In this document: piece after piece, positions 48,463 to 58,600 of the stretch
Numbering within the stretch: the first letter of the stretch is position 1
Layout: each line of letters starts with the position of its first letter
Source: Cyanophora paradoxa CCMP329
Taxonomy: Eukaryota; Plantae; Glaucophyta
Direction: 5' to 3'
Assembly: GCA_004431415.1 (NCBI GenBank)
Contig: QPMI01000005.1
Coordinates: forward strand, 372,001 to 436,000
DNA: 64,000 nucleotides
Translations under genes and position numbers: made by a program
Notes under the pieces: model-generated
Seen by the model: the letters and a program-made list of their open reading frames with translations, nothing else
What the model was told of the DNA's origin: nothing
Database searches by the model: none

Positions 48463-50445
48463 TCACGGTCCCCGCGGATTCCAGGAGGGGCCTGAGGTCC
48501 CCAACGGGGCAGATCTGGCGGATCGGAAGCGATCAGCAGCCCGGCGAGCTCGAGGGGCCGGTGCAGGCGCGAGGGACCGGGCACGCCTTCCCCAGCACGG
48601 CGGGGCCGGCGGCGCCCGTCACGGAGGGCACGTTGGCAGGCGCCCCGCACAGCGTCGCGTACCCCAGCAGGGCGAACCTGGGGGGAGGGGAAAGTGAGCG
48701 AGGCCGGCGCTGGCGGGGGGGCGCTGGCGGGGGGGCGGGGGAGGGGTACGGGGGGGCACCCGAGGGCCTCCTTGGCGTCGGAGGGGACGCCGCGCTCGTC
48801 GGAGGGGACGAAGGCGAGGTCGGGGGCCCCCAGCGCCCCCAGCCGCGACATCAGGTGCCCGTTCCTCGCCCCTGCCGCCCCCGTCAGACCCGCCGGCGAG
48901 GGCGAGGCCGGCGCAGGGGCCCCTCACCGCCCCCGGAGACCACCACCTCGACGGGCCCCGTACCCCTCCACGCCACCGGAAGGAAGCGGCGTACCCCGTC
49001 CACGATGCAGCGCGCCGTCAGCTCGGCGGCCACCGCAAGGACATCCTCGAGCCTGGCGGGGTTACAGCGTTTCCAGGGGGTACAGCCCCTTCGGGGGTAC
49101 CGCGCACCGGACCTCGGGTTGGAGCTCCCGCGCGCGGCGCAGAAGCCCCTCCGCAAACGCCACGCCAAAGGTCTCGTGCCCTGCGCAGAACCCGGTCAGA
49201 TTCGATGGTCCGAAAAGGGCCCCGCAGGGATCGAACCCGTGCTCTTGGGAGGGGACCAGGCGAAGTAGGGGTGCGTAAGCAGCTCCTCCAGCAGCGGGAC
49301 GATCACCGTACCCCGGGCCGCCAAGCGCCCGCCCTCGTCGAAGCGCTCTGCGGAGCCCCACGCGGACAGGAGCAGGTCCATCACCTGCCGGAGCCTCGTA
49401 CCCCCGAAGGGCGGCGTCCGGGGGGGGGGGGGGGGGGGGGGGGCACGGACCATGTTCCCGGGGCCCTCGTCGAAGGCCACGACGGAGGCGTCCCCGCTGG
49501 AGGAAGGGGGGAGAATCGTGCAGTTCGCGATGCCCTGGGGGTACGGGTGAGGCTCTAGGGCCCAGGCCCCGGGCAGGCGGGGGCTGGGGTACATGCACGC
49601 ACTCCTATGTTCTGGCACACGACGGGCCGGTCTGCGCAAGGGGCGTCGCGCGGGGAACGCGATTGGAGGGGGAGGGGTGCAGTCGGCCGGGGCGGACCGG
49701 GGCGAGAGAGGAGGATGCGGTCCACGAAGGGGATGAGGGGCGCCCCGCTGCCCCCCGCCGCCACGTCTGCACGGCCCCCGCGCGTCGGCGCGGCGGAGGC
49801 CGGGAAAGGGAGGGGCGCGCCGGCGGTGCGGAAGTCGGAGACGCAGGGGACGCCGAGCCGCACGGCGATCGTCGAGCCATCCCCGACCTGCAGTGTCGAG
49901 GGCGGTTCGCCCCGCGGCGCGTGGTGCACCTGCCGCCCCGCGGCCGCCGTGAGCGACGCGGCGGAGCGGCGGGGCGCGCGGGGGCCGCCGGGCGCGCCGT
50001 CTGCCCGTGCGATGCGACGAAGTCGAGGCGGGGCAGGGGCCCGGGCGGCGCCCGGCCGGCGAGGGCGCGCTGCACGGCGGCCGCGAACGCCTCGGCGATC
50101 TCCCGGTTCAGCGCGCAGATTGCGTCCACGCCCGAAGAGGCTGGGTCCATCGCTCGGCGGATGCGCCTCCGCAGCTCGTCCTCGATCGCTGCGCATGCGC
50201 GGCCTCGTGGGGCGGCGTCCTCGCGCGCGGCGCAGCTTGTCGCGCACGGAACTCTTCGTACGCCATGAGCGTGAGGAGCGGCTGCGTGGGATCGGCGTTG
50301 AAGCGCACCAGCGCCACGTCGATTCTGCCCGCTCCGTTCGAAATTGGCCGGCGACGGAAGGGGCGCGCGCGCAAGCGCACCCGTCGACGCTCGTGCCGCT
50401 CATGAGGCCCGCGGCGAGCAGGTCCCGCCGCGGCCTCGGCAGCAT
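48463..50445 (-). CDS. anmK: Anhydro-N-acetylmuramic acid kinase family protein (AnmK / levoglucosan kinase family), multi-exon
   Basis: GLMSGTSVDG-IDVALV; FVASHGQTVHH; STLQVGDG; SDFRTADVAAGGSGAPL; QNIGGIAN; AFDEGPGN; PPKSTG; VSGGG; SDAKEALGFALL; NVPSVTGA..VLGK. Confidence 0.92.
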
Positions 50446-51145
50446 CGTGCCGGCGCCACAGTGCATGTTCAAATTCGTGTACGCGTCCAGCTGCAGTGGC
50501 CATAGTGGCCAGCTCCCTCGGGCCTGGCACTACGTCGTGGCTAGCCTGGTTCGTGAATCAAACGATTCCGTGTTGCTGCGGCGCCGGCCGGTCCGGGCCC
50601 GCGGCCGCGGAGCGCAAGCTTAAGCTAAGTTTTAATCTAATTTCGGGATCCAGGCCGCCGGGCTGAGCTCCGAGGCTCGCCGAGTTGTGGGTCGTCAGAC
50701 TAGCTCATGATCATGAAAGAGAAAGCCAACATATCTAGCGCGCGCGACACTGCCAGTCTGTCGGTCCCGCGGCCCTGCCGCGGCCCCCGTCCTGCCGGCG
50801 CCCTGCCCCGCGCGCAGTGGGACGGACTGAATACCGCATTTTCTGTAATGAATACGTATACCGCGTTAAGCGAAGAAGGGGGGGGGGGGGGGGGCGAGCT
50901 AAGCAATGGAAAGCTGCAGGGGCCGGGGCGCGCCAGCAGGGGCCAGGGCGGAAGGAGGGCGGCGCGCTGGACGCTGGAAGAGAGGAGCGGGAGCGCTGCG
51001 CGCGGCCCGAGAGGCGAGGTGCCGGAGGATGTGGCGCCACAGGCGAGGGGCGCCGAGGGGGCCGGAGGGGCGCGGGGCGGGGGCTGGGCGAAGAGGCCCG
51101 GCAGGGGCGGGGCGCGGGCCTTGGGCGATGGCGGGCGGGGCAGGA

Positions 51146-51892
51146 TCAGAAGCGGAGGTACGTGTAGAGGAGGTGAACGTAGGGGAAGCCGACGTGGTTG
51201 GGGACCTTCGTGCACTTGGGCCGCAGGTCCGTCGGGAACTGGTAGATCGAATCCTCGATCGGGCCCGCCTTGAACTCCAGGATGTCGTAATCCATGCCGT
51301 CGGTGTGGATGAGCACCGGCTGCGGGCTGGGCCCCGTCGTCTCGTAGTAGTCCACCTTGTAGAACCCGTTGTCCTCCTGCCAGTGGTTGCACTGCTTGCC
51401 GCGCATGGTCTTCGTGCCGAGCAGCGTCATGTTCGCCGGCCACTCAGGCAGCGGCATCTTCTCGCGCATCTTGCTGAACTGGCACGTCTTGTCGCGGCCC
51501 TGGATGTGGAGGATCTCGAACTCCATGCCCTGCGACGGATCGGGAGCGGCGTAAGCAGAGAGCGTGCATGCTAAACGTTCGAACGCGTCGGACGGCGCGC
51601 GGACCTTGTCATAGCGGCGGTACAACGCCCGCCACGGCTGGCCCTTTGCCTCGAACTCCGCCCGTATCCTCCCGTTCGTGAGATCGTACCAGACTGTCGT
51701 CTTCTTGATCGGCGGCGGGTAGTCGAGGTCCTTGTCGAGGTACAACGCGGTGGTCTGGACGACGGCGTAGAACTGTGGGGGCAGCTGCGGGACACTCTCC
51801 GCCGCACCCATCTCGGGCATCTTGCCATCCGGGGCAGTCTGGGCGGCCGCCAGGGCCAGCACGGCGGCCAGGAGAACCACGGCCGGCCTCAT
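51146..51892 (-). CDS. Secreted ependymin-related (EPDR/LolA-fold-like) protein
   Basis: Signal peptide MRPAVVLLAAVLALAAA; PQLPPQF, VWYD..NGR, LLG..TMRG..C.HW, F.AGP..DS.Y..P...C pattern; one in-frame intron (~51530-51604). Confidence 0.55.
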   Translation of the reverse strand: MRPAVVLLAAVLALAAAQTAPDGKMPEMGAAESVPQLPPQFYAVVQTTALYLDKDLDYPPPIKKTTVWYDLTNGRIRAEFEAKGQPWRALYRRYDKVRAPSDAFERLACTLSAYAAPDPSQGMEFEILHIQGRDKTCQFSKMREKMPLPEWPANMTLLGTKTMRGKQCNHWQEDNGFYKVDYYETTGPSPQPVLIHTDGMDYDILEFKAGPIEDSIYQFPTDLRPKCTKVPNHVGFPYVHLLYTYLRF

Positions 51893-52055
51893 TGCTGGAA
51901 ATGTCCCCCCGCTCGGAGTCGACCAGGGGTCTGCAGCTGAAAGGACGACTTGCACCGGTACCTGCGCCGGAGTTTTGAGCCAGCGCGAGCGGATGCTCTA
52001 GCGTGCTGTGGCATTGCGTAGCATCGATCCGGACCGGTCAGCTCCGGCCAGCGCG

Positions 52056-54266
52056 ATGGCGGCGCTAGGCTCGGTGCTTCACGAGCCCGAGACGCCGTCA
52101 GCGGAGCGAGCCGCGGCTCTGATGTGCCGATCTCTGTCGCTGCAAGTACCTAGTCCCGATAGCTCCAGAGCATCGCCGAGCGGCAAGCATCGAGATTCGT
52201 TGGGGCGGACCCTGTCGCTGAACGCCGGCTCTGTGGTGGACGAGACGTCTGCATCGGGATCAATATACAGCGGGGATGTCGCGGCAGACATCGACATCCT
52301 CGTTAGCTTCTTCTGCTCCGCGGTGCCCGCGAGTCCTTTGAGTTCCCTTCATGCAGCTCTGACGTGGTGCGTCCTGTAGAAGCGCTTCATACACGACGGG
52401 TGCAAGCTCTACGTTCTGGGCTCCCTGGACTGGTGCGTCGCCTCCCGGGGGCCGCGGCGGCGCGCGCAGCCACCGACGGTTCATGTCTCACGCTTGGCTC
52501 CTTTGCAGCTTAGGAAAGGTTCGCGGTGCCGGCGGCACATCCTCCGATTGCCTCTGGGGTCGCCGGCGCGCGTTCGAACCGCGCCGCGCAGTGGGACGTA
52601 GCGAAGGCGCTGCCCCTCTCGGAGGAAGGGAGCCTGCACTTGGTCTTGCACAGGGACCAGGTCTGACTGCCAGCTCCGGCGCCCGCCGCACCGCGCCGAC
52701 GCTCGCCCCCGGCGCCGCTCGGCAGCTGCCGTTCGAGTTCAAGTTCATCGTGAGGAGAGGGGACAAGCTAATCTGGCAGAAGGGTGCACGCGCCTCGCCT
52801 CCCCGAGCCTCGCGCGCGCCCGCCGACCCCGCGCCGCGCCCTCGCAGGCGCCAACTACGCGATTCACGCGCTGCCGATGCGGGTCAGTCAGAGCGTGCAG
52901 TTCTACGGAGGTTCCTGCCCGCTCCCGCCCGGCCCCGCGCCTACCTCCGGGGGCCGACGGGGCCCCGGGCGCAGGGGAGGTGACGACGGAGGAGAAGGTG
53001 CCGCTGACCTTCCGCAACTACGACTGGAGCAACTACCAGGCGCCGCCGGCCCCGCGCTCGGGCGAGGAGGGGGCGCTGACTGGGGGCGGGGGCGGGGCGG
53101 GGCAGGGCCTGCTGCGGACGACGGAGGACGCGCAGGTGGTGTGGGAGGCGACGGGGAACGTGTGCATCGACGCGGAGAGCCGCCTGGGGCGCATGGTGCA
53201 GGAGGCCCTCGCCCGGGAGGGCGAGGCACGCCAGCGCGAGGGCAACACCCGCTTCGACCTCCGCCTCGTCCGCCCTCCCCGCCGCTGTCGCGCGCCGCGC
53301 GTCGAGCCGATGGCGGGCAGGCGCTGATGGAGAGCGAGACGGAGCGGGAGGAGATCCGGCGCTCGGAGCGCAAGCTCGTGGGGGCGCTGGGGCGGGCGCG
53401 GGGGCAGCTCTCGGGCCTGCTGGGCGCCTTCGACTCGCTGCGGGCGAGCTGCGAGGAGCTCGCGCGCGCGCGCGCCGCCGACGCCGAGGAGATGGCCGTC
53501 CTCCGCGCCGCCCTCGCCCGCGCCGAGGCCGCCGCCGCCGGCGCCGCCGCGGCGGCCCCGGGCAGCGGGGGCGCGCGGGGCGGAGAGGAGGCGGGCAGGC
53601 GGTGGCGCCGGAGCAGACGGAGGGGGGCGCCCTCGTCGCGCGGCGCGCCTCGCTGCGCGCCGTGCTCGAGCGCGCCAGCGGCGGCAGCGTGCGCCTCCGC
53701 CTCCCCTGCCCCCAGTGCCCCGAGGAGGCCCCCGCCGTCGCCGTCACCCCGCCCGGCACGCCCCCGCCGGAGCCGGAGGCCCTGGCGGGGCCGTCCGCTG
53801 CCGGCGAGGGGTCAGCGGGGCCGTCGGCGCCGGCGGCGTGCGAGGCGGCGCCGCTTCGGGAAGCGCGGGAGGAGGCGGCGGGGGCGGGCGAGGTCGAGGA
53901 GGGGCGGGGGAGCGGCCCTCGCTCGAGACCGGCTGGGCGGCGGGGGCGAGCCCGGGGAGCGCCGCGCGGTCGCCGCGACGACGCTCGGCGGAGGGGGCGG
54001 AGGCGGCGGCGGAGGCGGCGATGCGAGCCTCCCGCGAGCACGAGACCGTCCGCATCCGCAGCTCCCCCTCCATGGCCTCCCCGCCCGCCCCCTCCCCGCC
54101 CGCCCCGCCCCCGGCCCCTGGCCCCCTCCCGGGCCCGGGCCCAGGCACCGCCACCTGCCCCGCCACCGCGCTCCTCCCGGCGGCGGGGCGCCCGCCGGCC
54201 CGGCGCGCCCTCCTGCCCCCCGAGTTCTTCGCGCCCCCCGACCTCGCCGCCCGCCTCCTCAACTAG
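52056..54266 (+). CDS. CBM20 (starch/glycogen-binding) domain + coiled-coil protein
   Basis: Spliced KLYVLGSLD-CLGK-WDVAKALPL...LPFEFKFIVRRGDKLIWQKG-ANY; then heptad-rich EREEIRRSERKLVGALGRARGQLSGLL..LRASCEELAR; Pro-rich tail. Confidence 0.7.
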
Positions 54267-54805
54267 GGAAGTTTGAAAGGCCCTAGCCCGTCGCACCTAG
54301 CTGCAGGCTAGTCGTTCGCTCAGATGTATCGACGACAGCTCTTTATGCTGTCCATGTGCGGATCCATGCGGAATGTATTGTAAGTTTCCGTGCGATTCGC
54401 GCCCCTGGGCGCTCCCTGGCCTTTGGCAGTGGACCCTAGGCCTCGGCCGCGGGCGCCGGCCTCATCACCGTTGGGCGCGCGACGATCATCATGGCATCGG
54501 ATATCGATATCGATATCGATATATATCCCTGGCGCGAGTCCACGAGATCATAATCGAGCATATCAGTGATTATGATGCATGCGCAGATGCGCTACATACG
54601 CCGCATACGCACTTCAATGCGTCCACCCCGGCCGACTCCGGATCCACCGTACGCGTTGGAGTTGCATCTGCTGCTGAAATTTTAAATTTTGTGATGAAAT
54701 TTTCTATCGCTCAGCGGCTTCAAAGCTTAGGTACCGGTAGGGCTGCTAGGTTCCTTGTACATGATCAGAAGCTTACTTTGGCTAGTTATATATATTGCGC
54801 TGCAT

Positions 54806-55229
54806 GCAGCTGCATGGGAGCGCGAGCTCGAGCGTACGCGTACGCGTACGGCCGCGGCGCCGGCGGCCGGCGCGCGCCGGCCGCGGCCGCGGGTTCCGCC
54901 GCTTCCGCGCGCGGGAAAAGCTTAGCTGGCCGCGCGCGTGGCCCCGCGGCGATTTGCTTCTGCCTGGCTGCCTTGGAGATCTAGACGCGCGTTGCGCGCG
55001 GTCGCTCAAGGCCTGACCGAACCAGGTGCCAACTGTCAGCAGCTTACTCCGGCTAGATGCAGCTGCATGGCCATGGGTGCATGGGAGCGCGAGCGTATAC
55101 GTATACGTACGTATACGTATACGGGTTCCGCGGCCGCGGGCCGCGCGCGCGGATCCGGCCCGAAATCCCGCCGCGGATCGGAGGCCTTGACCTTAGCTGG
55201 CCGCGCGCGTGCACGTGCGGCACCGCGGC
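54806..55229. repeat. Diverged ~250-bp tandem duplication upstream of VPS13
   Basis: Shared anchors gcagctgcatgg / gagcgcgagc / gggttccgc / cttagctggccgcgcgcgtg / ccgcggc in 54806-54950 and 55059-55229. Confidence 0.7.
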
Positions 55230-55631
55230 CACGGATCGGTTTGCCGCTAGCGCTTCGGGATGCAGCGATTACATTACAGCGCTGCAGCGATGCTGGGGGT
55301 ACGCCGCTTTGCGTCCGCTTCGTGCCGGGTACAGTTGCCGGCAAGGTTCCGGCTTGCGGCGGCGAGGGCGAGCCGGCAGCCGCGTTTTCTGGCGCGGCGT
55401 GGCAAGGTGGATGCCCGGAGGGCCTCTTCCAGCGAGACCCAAGTCGCAGCAATACGTTAGCGGGGACTTGCGGAGCGGTGTCCTCGGCGCGCCGGCGACG
55501 AGCTAGCGGCTTCGATAGCGAGTATCCGGGAGTCGCGAATCACGACTAGCTAGACCCGTCGCGTTTCGCTACACCCTCCGCGACGACCGTCTCTTCACCC
55601 CCTTCACGTCCCTTCTGGACCGCTCTACAAC

Positions 55632-58600
55632 ATGTTTGAGAAGCTTATCGGTAAGGATAGCTCGTCGTGGTTGTTGCGCACCGTTCGACCAAGCCCGTGC
55701 AGGCAAGATTATCGAGGAGAAGCTCGGGCAGTACCTGCTCGACTTCAACCGAAAGCAGCTGCGCGTAGCGGCTTTCAAGGGTGCGCTGGAGCGAGTTTGG
55801 GATCGTCCCCAGCCCCGAGTCCGATGATCCGTTCGCAGGCGACATCCAGCTCGAGAACCTGAAGCTTAACCCCAATGCCTTCGATGAGCTGGATCTTCCC
55901 GTTCAAATCAAGGCCGGTTCGCGAAGCTGCGACTCGCGTCGCCGGTCGCCGACCACAAACGCCGACCCGGACCTCGCAGGCTACCTGGGCAAGCTCCGCC
56001 TCAAGCTCTCCATCGCGAAGCTCATCCGGGCGCCCGTCATCGTGAACATCGAGGACCTGTATTTCGTCTGCGCGCCGTACGACGCGTACGACGGGGAGCG
56101 CGAGGCGCAGCGCAAGCGCCGCGTGCAGCGCGTCCGCCTCAAGCAGGACGAGGCCACGCGCCAGATCCTGCGCGGTCCGCGGGTCCCGGACAGTCCGCCG
56201 CCCGTGCCCCCGATCAACCCCTCGCCCGCCCGCGCAGATGGTCGGCGCGAGGAGAAGGCGTACGGGGGAGGGAAGAAGAAGCACGGGAAGATCCTGCGGC
56301 GCATCATGGACAACCTGCAGGCGCGCCGCGCCCGCCTCCCTCCCGCGCGCCGGCGCAGGCCCGAGCCGGGACCGGCAGGTTACCGTGCGGAACCTGCACA
56401 TGGTCTTCGAGGACAGGGTGACGGACCCGGAGGCGAGCCCGGGAGCCCTCCCGGGAGGCCCCGCGCCGCCGCCCGCCCGCCCGCTCACGCGCGGAGGCGC
56501 TGCGCAGAGGCCGTACACGCTGGGCATCGTGATGGAGAGCTTCCGCACCGTCACGACCAACGAGAAGTGGGAGGTGCCGCCGCCCCCGCCCCGCTCCGCC
56601 CCGCCCCGCCCCGGCCCCGCCCGACGCCGCCTGCAGGACTACTACGACAACGACGACGACGAGTGGAACTACCGCGTCGCATACGTGAGCTCCCACCGCG
56701 CCCGCGCCGCCGGACTCCCGCCGAGCCGGCCCGACGCCGCGCGCAGCTCGAGAACTTCGGCATGTACTGGAACGCGGACAAGTTCTACCGGCCGCTGGTG
56801 CGCTTCGGCCGGCCCTGCGCCTGCGCTGCGCGGGGCCGCGGTCCGAGCGCGCGCGCGCGCGCGCGGCGGGGCGCAGGTGGGCCTGCCACTGGACCAGCTG
56901 GTCCCGTACCTCGCCCGCACCCTCGTCCGCGGCAAGAACCCCGAAGATCCCATCCGCGTGCGCCCCCGCCCCCGCCCCGGTACGTCCGGGCCGGCGCGGG
57001 GCCGACGGGCGGGGCGCAGCGGATGCACCGGTTCCTGCTGCACCCGGTCTCGCTGCGCGTCGAGCTCACCTTCAACAGCGACGAGGCGAACCTCAGGTGC
57101 GGCGGCCCTCCCGCCCCGCCCCCGCCCCGCCCCGCTCCGCCCCGCCGCGCCCCGGGGCCGACGGGGCGGGCAGGGTGCCGCGGACGAAGGCGGACGCGCG
57201 CATCACGGGCGAGCGCTTCGCGGTCGACATGGACTCCACGCAGCTCGTGCGCCCCGCCGGCCCCCCTGCCCCGGCACTTCCCCGGGCTCGGCTGAGCGGC
57301 GCTTCCCCGGGGGCGCGCGGCGCAGGTGGGGGTCTTCACGGTGCAGGATTACATGAAGGACAACAACGCCTTCCTCAAGCGCCGGGGCTTCCGGCCGCGG
57401 CGGAGGCCGGTGTACCGCGACCCCCGCACGGGGAGCTGGATGGGCGACCTCGAGGCCGTCGCCGCCTGGTGGGAGTACGCCTACCAGGTGCGAGGCGACG
57501 GCAGCGTCGGGCGGCGCGGGGGCGGCGCGGGGGCGGAGGCACGGCCGGTGCTGAGCGGCCCGGACCCCCCCGCAGATGGTGCTGGAGGCGGTGCGGAAGC
57601 GGCGGGCGACGATGTCCATCGCCTCCATCGTCCGCGCCAAGTGCGCGGGGGGCGCGGCGGGGCGGCGGGCGCGGCGGGGCGGCGGGGCGGGGGCAGGGGG
57701 CGGGGCGCTGAGGCGGGGCGGGCGGGGGCAGGGTGGACCTGAAGGCGTACATCGCGCTGTACAAGAAGCTGCTGTGCGAGGAGGAGCGGGGGATGTCGGG
57801 GGCGTTCGCGTACACGGACGCCCAGGAGCTGGCGAAGGAGGAGATCGAGAACCGCTTCCCCGTGGACGTCGTCAAGTACTTCCGCGACGTCGCCGAGGCC
57901 GAGTTCGACCGCCTCAAGCCCACCAAGGTGCGGGAGGGCCCAGCGGCCCGGGGGCCCGCGCCGCGGGGCGCGCCCGACGGGTTCCGGGGCCGATCGCCGG
58001 GCTCTGCGCAGAGCCTGGAGGAGATCGCGGCGCAGGCGGACCAGGTCATCGTGCAGGTCTTCGAGGAGGGGCGCATGGACCGGCCCCTCTCCCCGCCCGA
58101 GATCGCCCAGCGCCGCCAGGCCCTCGAGGAGTACCAGGTGCCGCCCCGCCCCGCCGGCCGCCGCCGCCGCCGGGGCGCGGGGCCGACCGGGGCCGGGGCG
58201 CGCGCGTGCGCAGGACAAGGTGCGGGAGGCGCACCTGAAGATGTCGGGGTCGGCGAACTACGCCGGGTACAACTCGGACGTCGGCGGGGGGCCGCGAACG
58301 CCGGCCCCGCCCAAGAGCCCCGTCCTCTCGCTCCTGCCGGACCTGCCCGATCCCCTCAAGAAGAAGAAGAAGGGCCTGTGGAAGCGCCTGTTCGGCGGCT
58401 TCAAGAAGAAGTCGTCGAGCAAGCAGCAGGCGGCCGGCGCGGTGGGGCCGCCCCCGCCCCAGGACTGGGAGCTGCCGCCCGTCTACCAGCCGCCCCCGGA
58501 GGCCCCCGACCTGCCGCTCAGCCCGGCGACTTCGCGCCCGTCGGCCGGCATCTACGGCCTGCAGGCGCCCCCGGCGCTCGTAGTGCAGATCGCGATCAAC

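Noticed and set aside
48463-50445. Bacterial contamination explaining anmK, PDF and the histidine kinase
   Set aside because: All carry host-style spliceosomal introns and are interleaved with SEC22 and VPS13.
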